Positions 25,736 to 39,690 of a stretch of DNA of 64,000 bases are shown here, piece after piece (position 1 is the stretch's first letter; each line of letters starts with the position of its first letter). The stretch spans positions 187,426,001 to 187,490,000 of the forward strand of contig NC_042997.1 of NCBI RefSeq assembly GCF_006345805.1. The letters run 5' to 3'. The notes under the pieces were generated by a model. It worked only from the letters and a program-made list of their open reading frames with translations. It did not search any database and had not been told where the DNA came from. The DNA comes from Octopus sinensis. Its lineage: Eukaryota. The translations under genes and the position numbers were made by a program.

Positions 25736-26710
25736 ATACTTATGTTGTGTGGTACGGAGAAATTTCTTGCAAAAAGAGGATTTGTAGAAGAATTTTTTCT
25801 CTTTACTTTCTTGATTTATTTAACTTTAGCATTCTTATAGAAATATGTGTGCTCTTTCTCTTGGCTTTAATTCTGAAAAATAAAGAATATTAAATCATCC
25901 TTGATTTTTCAAAACTCTGCTATCTTTGTATGTTAGGCATTGATAATATCAATGCTACAAAATTGGGAAACTCTAGGGTTTTATAAATATGTAATTTTGT
26001 TATATTTTCTTTTATATGAATATTCTGAAGTAAACTGTTTGAAAGACTCTAAAGCGATGTTCATGTTATGTTGACAAAGTTAGGACATCTATTTTGTATA
26101 AGAAACAACTTCACTTTGTTTTAGAGAACTACTCACTAATCACATATTTGACATAGCCCAATATCATCACCTACCAACAATTTCATTATGAATATACCAC
26201 TTTCCTTTTATTTCCATCCACTTCTTTTTTATTAGTTCATTAATGGCTTTGACTACTACAAATTTATGGCTACGTTCTAACCACTAGCCTTGTTCTATTT
26301 ACCATCTTGTACTCTTCATGTTGGCTTTTTTCCAAGATGCCATACTTGATATTTTTATAAGCCCCATTGCCTTAGAATCCTTCCTGCCCATACATTCATT
26401 CATCTAAAATATTAATTTCACTGACATCAGCCAGCCATCCTATCTTACTGTATCCGCTGCGTTTTCCTTTGTTAGTATTGAAGTCCCTTCCATCTTTTCA
26501 TAGGAATCAGAAACAATAAACAATGGAATAACCCTTGTTCTTTGTAATTAAACTTAGATTTTATTCATAAAGATTGGTACTTTTCTTCTCAAGGCAAGGA
26601 TTTTCTTTTTAAGTAAAAAATCAGCAAATTCGACTAGATATTTATTACTCGAAAAAGCCAAATCAACAGAATTTAAACTTAGAAATACAAAGCATCAATT
26701 TAGATACATT

Positions 26711-27140
26711 TACTCTTTTACCTGTTTCAGTCATTTGACTGTGGCCGTGCTGGAGCATCGCCTTTAGTCGAGCAAATCGACCCCAGGACTTGTACTTTGT
26801 AAGCCTAGTACTTATTCTATCGGTCTCTTTTGCCAAACCGCTAAGTTACGGGGACATAAACACACCAGCATCGGTTGTCGAGCGATGTTGGGGGGGGGGA
26901 CAAACACAGACACACAAACATATACACACACATACACGTATATATATATATATATATATATACATACATACATACATATATACAATGGGCTTCTTCCAGT
27001 TTCCGTCTACCAAATCCACTCACAAGGCTTTGGTCGGCCCGAGGCTATAGTAGAAAATGCTTGTCCAAGGTGCCACGCAGTGGGATTGAACCCAGAACCA
27101 TATGGTTGGTAAGCAAGCTACTTACCACACAGCCGCTCCT
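26711..27140 (-). mobile_element. SINE B, full length
   Basis: Tail tgtttcagtcatttgactg through head cttaccacacagcc. B-box-like gggattgaaccc, internal (TA)/(CA). Confidence 0.92.
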
Positions 27141-29529
27141 GTACCTGTACCATTTATAAAAAGTCCTTATGTTTATTTCTGTGGCTTGTATTTATTTGTA
27201 ACACTAACACATATATTCATAGAAATGTAGCATAATAAATTAAACTTAATTTCAAATTGTTAATGCAACACGAGTAATGTAAAATTTTAATTTTTTTAAA
27301 ATGCTAACATCTGTTTAATGGCATATTTATATTAATTAGCCAGAAAACTTCAGATGTATGTTAGCTTCCATTTAGACAGTAATTCATAAATGAATTATAG
27401 CCTGGCCATTAATAATGAACTATTAAATGACGCAGAAAACTTCTTTTTGTAGTTGATAGGTATTTGAACAAAGTATTTGATAAAATTTTTAAAATGTATC
27501 TTTCCTTCAAAGCATTTAATCATAAATCTTTTGATCCTTTAACAAGCTGTTTATTTTTAATCAAGTTAACTGGTTATTTGGTTTTCTTGTACAAAAGGAA
27601 GAAAAAAATTTGTGTACATGTATGTGTGTGCATGTGGGTGTTATTTTTGCACTTAAGGATTTTACATTTTCTCAGCTACTGAGTATGAAAAAAAAAAAAA
27701 ACCCATATAGTGAATCCCATTAAAATTAACTTAGTCGTTTAGTAAGTTTGATTTATTTATCTATTTTGTTCGCTTATATCCTATCATGTATGACCTATTT
27801 CCACATTCTGTTGGCAATCCTGACATACCATTTGGTAGTCCTTGCTATTGTTATTCATTTATCTTTGCAATCTATCAAAAACTCAAATAACTCTTAGTTC
27901 ACCCGAATAAAACTTTTTAATACATCAATTTTGAACATTTTCTTGAGTTCCTTTTAACCTCATTCTCATTAATTTGACTTCATTTTCCTTTCCTTTTCTT
28001 TCAGTGTGTGTGTGAGTGTGTGTGTGCATTTAGTCTTTTTTAGTCTTTCTCTGGCCAATTTTCTTCTCTTTTAACCTGGTATGCCTTAGATGGCATTTAC
28101 AAATTGTTTTTTAAGTTGGGATAATTTGTCTTTGTAGTTAAGTCACTGTAGAGCTATTACCTTTCTTAACTTTGGTGAACTTTCCTATCCCAGAACTGGA
28201 GCGATATGTTATTTGAATGACTCCCTTTGTTTCAAAGAGGATTCTCTTGTTTTCTTCTGCTTTAATTCTTCCAAGTTGGCAGTGGTGGTGGTGGGGTGAG
28301 TCTATGCTGCTGTTTTATTTATTTATTGTTATACTATTTTTATGCTTGGATTTAGAAGTCTGCAGTTTTTGTTTTATTTTTCTTTAAAGCATCTGAATAT
28401 GATGGCAAACAGAAAAAAATTAAGTGGATTAAAACAATGCCTGTTGGAGAAGCTTTAAAAAAATAACATACAACCCCACCTTTCCCTAAGAATATTAAGC
28501 AGACTTTTAATTAGTATTAGTAAAATGTGTATTAAAAGTCTTAGGTTTTGTTACAGCTATTATTAAAACATAAGTATCATAAACAAAAGAGCAGCCACTA
28601 AATGTTTTACTGTATCCAGTTTATGCATCTTGATTCAGTATTCAAGTGCTTCTAGAGGTTGATAAAATAAAGTTGATTTGGTTCACTAAACATCAAAGGC
28701 CTTGTGTTATGGGCAAAGAAATTGCTGTTGTTTTGTTTATCATTCAGAACAAAACCTTTACAGTGGATTTAAGCGATAGGGAGATTAGTCAAAATATCTG
28801 AGATAACTTGAAAGAATTAAGTTACTCAGCTGCAGCAGTATTTAAAATGATTTGTCATTTCAATAAGGCAGATTAAATGATATGCCTGACTTTTATAGAC
28901 ATAATTGAGTTGGTTTTTTTTTTTTTTAATTTTTATGTAAAGCTTTTGTAATGTAACCTCTCTCTCTCCCCAAGAACATGTTTGCACACAAGATAGTGTT
29001 GCCCTTTGCTTAAAATTTATCCACTATCGATTCACTCTTGACTTTCCAAATTAACTTTTAATTCATGTACAGAAAACATTTTCTGCCTTACACGTCAGGC
29101 AAGTCTGTGTGTGTGTGTTTTCTATTGTAAGTGGATGATGTGCTATGGAAATGGGAGCTGCTGCAAGATTTTTCTTAAAGATAGGCTGGGTGAAATTCAT
29201 TAACGTTTTCTTAAATTTTTTTTTTTTTTTTAATCTATATAGGAATGAGGTACAGATTGACATTATTTCAGGAGCTGTGGTTTGATAGGGTTAAAATCTG
29301 GCTGTTAACGTGACACTGGCAAAACTGCATGTTTGGAATGTAGCTGAATGCTATAACATAACCATCTAACCCTTGTTAGTCATGACAAACTATAGACTAA
29401 AATACAACTGAGGAAGAAAAGTTATATAAAAATAACTCTAGTCTGATATTCTATATTTGCTAATCATAGAGCTAGATAGCAGATGCATCAAGATCAGAAT
29501 TTCATGACACACATATTGAATATTGCCAT

Positions 29530-29790
29530 TCTGGAGTTGATGCTATTGATGTAGGCCCCTCCCCTTGAAATTGTTGACTTTGTGTCTAAATCTTCATCAT
29601 TATTGCTATGGTGGTGAGGAAGCTGGACAATGTTTTGCAGCAATTTTTTCTGACTTTATGTTCTGAGTTCAAATTTCACTGAGGTCAGCTTTGCTTTCAT
29701 CCTTTTGAGAGTTGATAAAATAAGTACCAGTTGACCACTGGGGTCAGTATAATTGACTAACTTTGTACCTTTAGTAGAAAGGATTATTAT
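29530..29790 (+). mobile_element. SINE A (3' fragment followed by a near-full copy)
   Basis: ctgagttcaaatttcactgaggtcagctttgctttcatcc..gataaaataagtaccagttg..gtagaaaggattattatt. Confidence 0.8.
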
Positions 29791-32177
29791 TGTGTTTTTC
29801 TTCTTTCAAATTTGTTTCCATTTTTTGCCAAGGTCTTATCATTATCATCAAAGTTAGATCAATAGTATTGGCTGTAGAACCCACATCCAAGCTGTCTTCA
29901 GCCATTTAGCTCAATATCTCATTTGTACATTCTCATCAAAGTACAGTTAGTATTTCAAATCTCCGTTGTAAATAATATAACCACTTGTAATATAGCATCA
30001 TTATGCTAGTTTACCATACTTCTCTGTAGTAAAAGAAGGTTTTTGTGCTGAATTAAGACATTTAAATATTGATATTGTTCATGAAAAATATAGGATGTAC
30101 ACCTTTTTAATTTCACTTACTTGTTCTTAAATGAAAACTACTGTTCTCAGTATGATGCCTTAATTATTTGACAGTTTTTATATTTGTTGTCAATAGAAAT
30201 CAGACTGGTACTTTATTTATCCAGGAATAAATATGATTTGAAATAAATTCTCTGAACAATGAAGAGAACATTCTTTCCAAAATTGTTTATAGTTTGATAT
30301 TTTAATATAATTACATTTTATCATAAAAGTTAATGTAGAATTAAGGATAGATACATTGAACTAGAGTAGAAGAGAAAATTATCTCCTGTTTGGCTCTTGA
30401 GATTTCATTTTTCTTAAGTTTCTGTTGAAACACCATAAAATTCATTAAAATTGAATCAGGAACTCTAACCTTAGGCTTTAATTTGAACTTGGCATGTATT
30501 CATCTTTTCCCAAGTGATCTCAAAAGATATTTTAAGAATTCTTTCCCTCCCCACCTCTCTAGCCTTGTCATAAAGAAAAATTATCGATTAGGAAATATCC
30601 TTATATTGTTTTACATTCTAACAAATATTTTTTAATATTCTTATTTAATTTGTTAATTTTGAAAAAGAATTATATTGGAAACAAAGGTTGTTTTATTGAA
30701 AACTATAAAATTTGTAATTAAAAAAAATTTACTATTGATAATAGTTATATCTAACATAGGCATGTGGCTTCATGTTTTCAGTGAGGTACATAGTCAAACT
30801 ACTTCATAAGTGCTTATTTTGTCAACTTTGTGGTGGTGGTGGTGGATGTAGTAGTAGTAAAGAATTTCAATTCAGGGAATTTTTTTTTTTTTACTTAAGC
30901 ATAAGAGAATTACTGCTATTTTACCAGTGTGCATAAACAAACGATACTCTGATCACTCAAATATTAATTATTTAATCAGTAGCTGTTCATCATTTACATT
31001 ATCATTTATTTCCAGGCATAACACTTAAGTAAATATTTTAAGAAAAATATTTTCTTTTTTTTTTTTTTTCGCTACAAACACCCCCTGCAACTTTTCCCAT
31101 GTGTAGGTTGGCTAAAATAAATAAATTTGATGACATATTTGAACATTAATCACATGGTGATTGCAATCTTAACTTTAAATAACTAAACCTTTAAACCAGT
31201 AAAAATGTCAATTGCAACAAACAATAGTCAACCTCTTTGTTTGCCATGTGAATGTGTGTATACACACACAGAAAAGATCCAAGAGAATTACTATAATTTG
31301 CTATTGTGTTTGCATTACTCAGTGATCTGTCCCAATATTTTTAATGGATAAGCATTTCTTTTGTTGAAATCAGTTGTTAGAATAGCTATATGTATAAAGT
31401 CCAATAGGGTTGTATGGCTGCAATTCTGTACTTTTAGGTTTATAAATTTTGAATTTTATTTGTTACTAAAATCAGTTATTATGGAAAAGTGTGTTCATGT
31501 ATTCCAAGCAATTATACCCAAGATATAAGCATTTAACATGTGAACTTGTTCAAATGTTAGAAATGCATCACATTTGAAATGGCAAAATTAAAACTAAATT
31601 AGATATTTTATAAAACCAAATTTTTAATGGATGTCCAAATTGACATGGTAGATTGAATAGAATGCATACTAGCATGTATAGTATAGTCTGGTTATTTAAT
31701 TCATAGTGAAGGAACAATTATAACACACACACACAGTGTGTAAGCAGGCTGGTCAAGGAAATAAGTTGGATTATTTGCATATTGTAGGTGTTGTGTTTCT
31801 GGACAGAAGACTTTATAGTATGCAGTCACATTTCACCTATCTCTGATAACTAGTTACCAAATTAATTGGGAATGTTAACCTGTGACAAACTGGTGTCTTG
31901 TACAGGATGAGTTTGATCATTCATCTGCTTAAAATCATGAAACCAGAGCTAAGTACTAGTGCAGCCTTTTCATCAGAAAGGTGTGTGTGTGTGAATGCAT
32001 ACACATATTTGATAATTCATTATTATATCTATGAATTGTAAGCAAGTTCCTGGTAGGTAGAGCACTGTGAATAAAGTAATTGCGTTTAGTTCAGTACTCA
32101 GATAGGGTGGGTCAGGTGTGATAGCCATGTGGCTGGTTCAGTTGTAGCTGTAGTAAGTACTAGTTCATATTCAGTAG

Positions 32178-32550
32178 TTTTTATCACCATCATCATTTAA
32201 TGTCCACTTTCCTATGTTTGCATGGGTCAGACGAAATTTGTTGAGGCAGATTTTCTGTGGCCAGATGTCCTTCCTATCACTGATCCTGACCTGTTTTCCA
32301 GAAAGGAATGCTTTCCATTGAAGACTTGAAATAAACAACATCTTTTGTATGATGTCATCATTTACAATCATCACATGATGACAAGACAACAGTATACACA
32401 AACACACACACTTTATATATAATAGGCTCCTTTCACTCAAGGCTTTGGTTAGCCTGGGAAGATACTTGACCAAAGTACCACACAGTGAGGTTGAACATAA
32501 GACCACATGGTTGGAAAGCAAGCTTCTTCACCACACAGCCATGCCTGCAC
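32178..32550 (-). mobile_element. SINE family C (B-like head, different 3' tail ending (GAT)n)
   Basis: catcatcatttaatgtccactttcc..catgggtcagac..tccttcct and head aagcttcttcaccacacagccatgcc. Confidence 0.82.
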
Positions 32551-32784
32551 TTATCAAATCAGTTTTATGAATTTAGCATAATGAATACAATATGAAAATA
32601 TAAATGTAACATCGATACATGAATATGATAAAGACATTTATGAAATATGTGAATTAAATCTGTATCCCTCCATGCATGCATATACATAAATATGTGTGTC
32701 TGTACATAGATATATTACAGTACATAAAATATTAATGTTTTTACTAGTTTCAACTCATAAGCTATGGTCATGCCAACACATGCA

Positions 32785-32818
<34 letters not shown>

Positions 32819-34819
32819 ACCAACCAACCATAGTACTACTTGCATAGAGATTTTATGTTTCGCAGAAGCTGTACTCTTTAGTACTCATCTGCATTAACTG
32901 ATTAGATAAGCCTTCATATAGTTATTGCACTGAAGCATCTAATTAATATTTATATCCTATTCTTTGAGTCCTTTATTTTTTTTTAAATGTATTTTGCTAA
33001 TTATTTTTTAAGTCAACACTAAAACAAATTCAGATGATGAACAGATAGTGGTTTGTCCAAAGAGTTGGAGAAAAATTGCTATTATAAATGGTACTAAATC
33101 AAATAATTATTTTATCATTCAACTATCTCAACATTTATATTCTCTTATATCTCTAGATGCTAGTCATTCTCATTGCAATATAATGTAATTTTAATTGCTT
33201 GATATAAAATCTTATTGCTGATATTTTTATGGCTTGTTGTTAGTGACATTTTTCATGAATTTTCAGTAGATTAAATTTGGAATGTTTTTATATGAATGCC
33301 AATTTATGATTTATGCCGAATTTTCTTGGTTATCATTTCTTCTTTTTATAAAAGTTGGTCATAAAATCATCATCAGCATCGTAAGGTAGATTTTTCCTTG
33401 CCGACATGTTTTTTATGAGTCAGTGATATGACATACTGCTACTGTTCTCAGTGCCACTTCATTTCATCTGAGTACCAAACTTTTCAAATCAGACCACACC
33501 ACTTCTTATATCATTTACAACATTTTTGAGCTAAATGTATTTACTCCATTAAGTATATATCTTTAAAACTAATAAAAAAAAAATTGAACTTTTCGTGTCA
33601 TTAATGCATTCTTAAAAAATGCTAAGTGCTAAATTATTCATTTCTTTCATTCCTAAAATGTAAAAAGTAAGATGTATTTTTTTATATACATTGAAAGATA
33701 TGATAAGCCATATGCTATTAGCTTATCAGTGTTCGTCATAATTTTATAATCAATAGCTAAGAATTATTTTATCTAGACATTCTATTTATTCAATTTCATC
33801 TGCTTTTGGAATATATCTAATTCAAATAGAATTTCCTGAAAATTCACCTAAGTATATGAGAACAAAAGCAAAAATAAATAAAAATAAAGTTTCAAAAGTT
33901 AGTACAATTGTCTTTTCTTTTTTTCTCATCAATATGAAATTACTTCATTTGGACAAAGACAAATGTGTATCCTTTCATTAATTATTTTCTGTAATTATAA
34001 TTTAACAATTAGTGACTAGTTTTTTCATTTGCAAAAATTATAAACCAAGTTTAGGTCATATTGATTTTAAAAATGTTCAAAATTTGTCACTTTTTAATGA
34101 TATATCCAAATAAGGAAGTTTTTAAAAACAATCATTTTTACATTCATAGCTGTTTCTCTTGAAAAGCATTTTGAGAAATGTTTTCAAAAACTTGTTTCTC
34201 CCTTATATTTGTTAACTGTTGTGAGAACATTTTTGGGGGTTTTTCATTCACCGTATTTAAATAATTGGCAGTATAACTTGAATTCAATTTAATAGAAGTC
34301 TCTGTAATTTTAAAGTTAAGGTGCTTGACTACCAATTGCATGGTCAAAGGTTCAAATTTAACTAGAGCTATTTTATTTGTTGTAGTTTTGATTCACTGAC
34401 TAAAACAGGTTCCACTCCTTCATTGAGTGGTTAGTGGTAGGAAGGGCATCCAGCTGTAAAAGCAATTGTTCAAACAAACTACCACACACATGCTAGCATG
34501 AGAAAATGAATGTAGAACAGTAAAAAGAAATTGTTTCTCCACGTATCAGTTTACTTGAGTATTATATTTTACTCTCTGTTATTTTATTTTTCTCTCTCTT
34601 ATTTGATGGTTTCCACTCCTAACAATGTATGTTAGTTATTTTCTATGTAGGCAAAAGTTATTAGAAAGATGTAGTTATAATCATATGTAATACTTTGACT
34701 ATTGATTTCAGAACTACTTGAGACAAATGATAAAATAGATGGTTAAAAAAAATCCTAGTTACATGATTTTTACTTTTAGTATTACTGATAGTAATACTTG
34801 TATGAGATTTAACACTTTA

Positions 34820-35040
34820 ACTCTTTAGCACTTAAACCAGCCATATCCTGCCCAAATATTCTACCTGTTTTATGTTGAAACCAGCTAGATCCCTCTCACA
34901 CCTATTGTACAATATCATTCTAAAAATAAAGAATCACATAACTGAAATTTCGAAGCTTCAAGACAGTGCATGATTAATTCAAAAACATGTGAATAAATAA
35001 GCTTTACATTTGAAAGAGTAATCAGACTGCTAAAGGATGA
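34820..35040. mobile_element. TTAA/CCCTTT MITE family P2 (decayed)
   Basis: ttaactctttagcacttaaacc ... gtaatcagactgctaaaggatgaa. Internal sequence is shared with the copies at 50962-52220. Confidence 0.7.
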
Positions 35041-35104
35041 AATGAGTTAATTGCTAAACTCTGACTTGGAAGCATCTTTAGCTGTTCATATGAGCAGTGT
35101 TTAA

Positions 35105-35324
35105 CCCTTTCATTACCAACCCAGCTGAAACCGGCTCTAGCTCTGAGTACAAATGCCTTGATTTTGTAAGTTTTGAATTAAAATCTTCCACCAAACCTTA
35201 GTCACAATTTATGTTCCTAAGAATAGTTTAATGACAACCAAGTTATTTTACTAAATTCTTTGTTATATTTAAAGTAATTCAAAGAAACACAGAGCATCTC
35301 AAAATAAATACAGTAACAAAAGGG
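35105..35324. mobile_element. piggyBac-like MITE family P1, copy 1
   Basis: TTAA|CCCTTTCATTAC ... GTAACAAAAGGG|TTAA, 220 bp. It is the reverse complement of the copy at 44058-44278. Confidence 0.85.
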
Positions 35325-36488
35325 TTAATACACAAATACATTCATACAGTACATAGTTTATTGATACAATCTTGTTTCAATTTTTTTCTTTGGAAAAGCA
35401 GGTTTCATCAATATTTTCAACTAATCCCCATCTTGCCATTTTAGGAACTGAACAAATCTTTCACCCATTGTGAAAATTTGTTGGTTGAAAAAAAATTTCA
35501 AGCTGACATTTTGCTTCTCATCACAAAAGTGCGTTTTATTTTTCTCCCTCCTTTTAGTCACTCACCTAAAAATCAATCTATTCATTTTATTTGCTGTCAT
35601 ATGCTATCTGTGAATTTCGCCTTTTTATATCCATTTTTCAATGACACACATTTGGATAATGGTATTTATTCTTTAAGAAAGTTGTGTGAGTATGACACAC
35701 AGACTGACTGAATTCCTTCCTTCCTTCCTTAATACCACACACCTAACCATGAGTGATAGTGATTTTTCTAACCGAGCAGACAAGAAATTAGAGATGTATC
35801 CCACTCTATAGCCGTATGTAATGTTCAACAACATAATTCATAAGCTACTGTACCTTATTGCCATTGCTGCATAATATTAACCAAAACTATTTATAGCAAC
35901 ATTTCTTATGCTAATTTTTTTTTATTCAAACTGAAAACATTTCATATGCTGAAGTAAAATTACTTGTAAAAGCAATTACTACAGAATGGAAAGCTTAAAG
36001 ATTATTATGAATCTATAATACATTGCTAAAGTATGTAAAAGCATTCAAAATATCTGCAAATGATATTATTTATAGTAGATAGAGTAGCTAAGCTTGTTTT
36101 ACAATTATTTGACAGTCCTTCCCTACACACATACATTTGAGCTCAAGTTACCGATCAATACGTCGTTTTCATATCATCCATGTTGTTTCTTGTGCTGAAA
36201 ACTATTTGCAAAAGAATAAAGCATCTCCCTTATACATTTGTTCTATCTTTGCAACTGATATAAATGTTAGCTGCTAATTATGAAATTGAACTTTTGCTCT
36301 TGGATTTAATTATAGCCAGCTTCTTAATCACATTGAAACATTTTTATTTAGATATATATCATATCAATGTAATTATAGTGGAATTGTCAAAGGAGTTTAG
36401 CTGTTCTTTTTTAACTGTTTTCAGTGTGTATGTATATGCATGTGTGTGTGTGTGTATGTATGTATATGTGTGTGTATATATATATGTC

Positions 36489-36527
<39 letters not shown>

Positions 36528-37065
36528 TGAACTTTCAAGTTTGTGTTTTTCCAAAGAAAAGTTATGATGGTGCATTTCTAAAAACCATTTTATTTGTATA
36601 TAAGGAATAGAGCATTCTTATATTCTGACATCTATGGCTTAGGAACAGCAAATTAAAATCTTAAGAATTTTTTAGATTTTAGCTTCGTTATCTTTATATT
36701 AAATTCTTCTTCAAAGTTTGAATTACCCCTTAAGTTATTTGTTGTGTGACCTTCTCAGGGAAGTTCAAATCACAAACTTAATTGCTTTAAAGAGGGAAAA
36801 TGAAGTTCTAAAAAGTTTTTAGGTTCCTTTGATTGAATAAAAAAAAAATAGAAATTAATATTCCATCATCTTTAATAACTTTATTTATTATTGTTTGAGC
36901 ACGTGTGAAAAAATATTTATCTTTAACAAACTATCTTTTGTTATATGAGTGGTAGATAAAAATATAGAGATAGAGTATATGTGCATGCATGTGTGTGTGA
37001 GTGTGTGTGTATAAACACAAAGACATACATATATATACTACATGCCTCTTTCAGTTTCCACCTAC

Positions 37066-37235
37066 TAGATTCACTCACAAGGCTTTGGTTGGCCCTTGGC
37101 TTATTGGAAGACACTTACCACACAGCCAAGCATGAACCTTTGTATATGCATAATATATATTCACATGTACGTACACACACACACACACAAATCTCCACTC
37201 ATACACAAACATACACAGATTTGTGCATGAATATA

Positions 37236-37274
<39 letters not shown>

Positions 37275-37443
37275 CTGTGCATATATATTATGTATATACA
37301 TATACAAAGGTCCATGCTTGGCTATGTGATCAGAAGTTTGCTTTCCAACCGCATGGTTTCAGGTTCAGTCCCCACTGTGTGGTACCTTGAGCAAGTGTCT
37401 TCCAATAAGCCTTGGGCCAACCAAAGCCTTGTGAGTGAATCTA
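37066..37443. repeat. Fold-back inverted duplication of a SINE head plus flank
   Basis: The arms share non-consensus sequence (tagattcactcac, ggcttattggaagacactt) and flanking sequence (gccaagcatg(a/g)acctttgtatatg). They converge on cacaaatct(37186-94)/agatttgtg(37217-25) around a 22-nt loop. Confidence 0.85.
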
Positions 37444-37447
37444 TATA

Positions 37448-37482
<35 letters not shown>

Positions 37483-37712
37483 GCATGCCTATATATGTGT
37501 CATTGTGTCTGTTTGTTCCCAACCATTACTTGACAAATGGTGTTGGTGTAATTACATCCCCATAACTTAGTGGTTCCGCAAAGGAGTTTGATATAAAAAG
37601 CACCAGGTTAAAAAAAAAAAAAATTACTGAGGTTTATTCATTCGACTAAATATTCTTCAAGGTGGTGTCCCAGCATAGCCACAGTTTAATGACTAAAACA
37701 AAATTAAAAAGA
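37314..37712 (+). mobile_element. SINE B
   Basis: Head ggctatgtgatcagaagtttgc..ggttcagtccc, tail ggtggtgtcccagcatagccacagtttaatgactaaaaca. Confidence 0.85.
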
Positions 37713-39509
37713 TGAAACCACAAAAAATATATACATACATATATATATATATATAAAACTTATCCAATGTGTGTAACATTTTTATTTTTCACTTTAACAA
37801 TAAAGGACAAAACTAAATTTAATAAAATTCAGTATCTATTATTTTTACAATTTTTGAACAATTTACAACTGCTGATTAAACATTAAGCTATATATATATA
37901 TATATCTAAGTGTCTATGTACTTTAAAAAGATTTTATCCCATATGCTGAAAATTATAAAAAAAAAAAAAATGAAAGAAAATCCCTAAACACTAATTATAA
38001 CTATAAATTGAGAAAGAGTTGTGTATCTAAACTAGAGAGGAATGATACAGCATATGGAATGATTTATTAATTCAACTCATATATTAGCTTCCTTGCTGAT
38101 TCCAGCAGCTTTCTGTTCACGTTCATTTCTATTGGACATAACTGCCCGTCACATCATTTGCACCATATATGGCTTGCATTATTCAGAATACAACGATGCT
38201 TTCACTGTAGGACCTATTAAATGACTTTTGCAAGCCTTCTTTTCCTTAACTGTCAATATGCTAAAAATATTTGAGGCACAACAAATAATTTTTTTCTCTG
38301 ATATAAAAGAAAGCTTATGACAAAATTTACCATTACTGTGGAGTGGTAAAGATGGCCCAAACTCTACAGCTTTGTATTTAGTATTTTGTTTGTTCTAAGC
38401 TTCAGTCTTACTTTTTAGCTCTTCATTGTGAAGTCAGTACAGTAGCATATTGGTATTTATTTTACACTTAGAAAATTACATTTTGTATAGCCAAAAGAAA
38501 CCATTATCATATTTAGCAAAACTGATTGAGTTCATGTGTGTTTGAGTGTATGTATTTATGTATGTGTGTGTATATATATCAAACTCTGGCCTTGCCAGTT
38601 TCTGTCAAACTGTCCAACCTATGCCAGCATGGAAAACGGAGATTAAATGATGATGATGACATATATATGTGTGTGTGTGTGTGTGTGCGCGTATGCACGT
38701 ACACACACACACATTATAATTCTTTTACTACATGAGAAAAATTCTGGATTGTTTTGGTTTTTTTCTTCCATCTTTTTGGAGGTTGATAAAATACATTCCA
38801 GGCAAGTATTGGGATCGATTAAATCAACTAGAATCCTCTCCAGAAATATTTCTATACCACTATTTCCCAACCACTAAGCAGAACTTTGTTGCTTTGAGCA
38901 AAAATATTTTAAATTCAAAGCTTCTGTACATAATACAATATTCCATGCAGCTTATGAAGTACATGTTTGCACAATACTGCAACTGCTAAGAGGAAATGCC
39001 TTCTACTAATTCTACTATATCTAAGTGATTTTATGGCAGGATAACAAGGTTCATAAAAACCATTTCCTGAGAATTATATTTTTAAATGTAATATCACAAA
39101 ATGTATTTTCCAGATTTATCAAATATGTTTTAGATTTAGATTTAATAGAAAATAATTTTTTTCTAATATAATTTAAGAACGGTGAAAAAGACATATAGTT
39201 TGAGTTGATTCCAATATATTTGTCTGTTGTAGTGAATTAACTAATCTAACCAGTTCATTTATATTTATACACAAAGCCTATCAGATATTGGGCTAAAATG
39301 AACATATGCTCTGTGTGTGTGTGAGTGTACCTTTTTATAAATAGATAGAGTGCATGTGATCTATCATTAAATATTTATATGAAAGCTATATCATCTCTGG
39401 TAAGGCTTACTTTGCTGAAACAATGGTAACCATGTTCACAAAATATTCTGTATTCAACATTGAGTTGTTTTATAACTGTGGACCAACAAGATTATACCAT
39501 ATCCAAATC

Positions 39510-39690
39510 TTCCTCTCTGTGTGTGTATGTGAAATGTAATTTGCCAGTTCGACAAAAGAAACTGATAGAATAAGCATCAGGCTTAATGAAAAGATAAGTA
39601 CTGGGGTCAATGCATTCTACTAAAATAAATTTTCAAGGCGATGCCTCAGCATGGCTGCAGTCTAAGGACTGAAACAAGTAAAAGCTTAAA
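39510..39690 (+). mobile_element. SINE B 3' half
   Basis: gacaaaagaaactgatagaataag..ctggggtcaat..cagcatggctgcagtctaaggactgaaacaagtaaaag. Confidence 0.8.

Noticed and set aside
36981-37565. 194-aa ORF
   Set aside because: It runs through SINE B arms and microsatellites of the inverted duplication.
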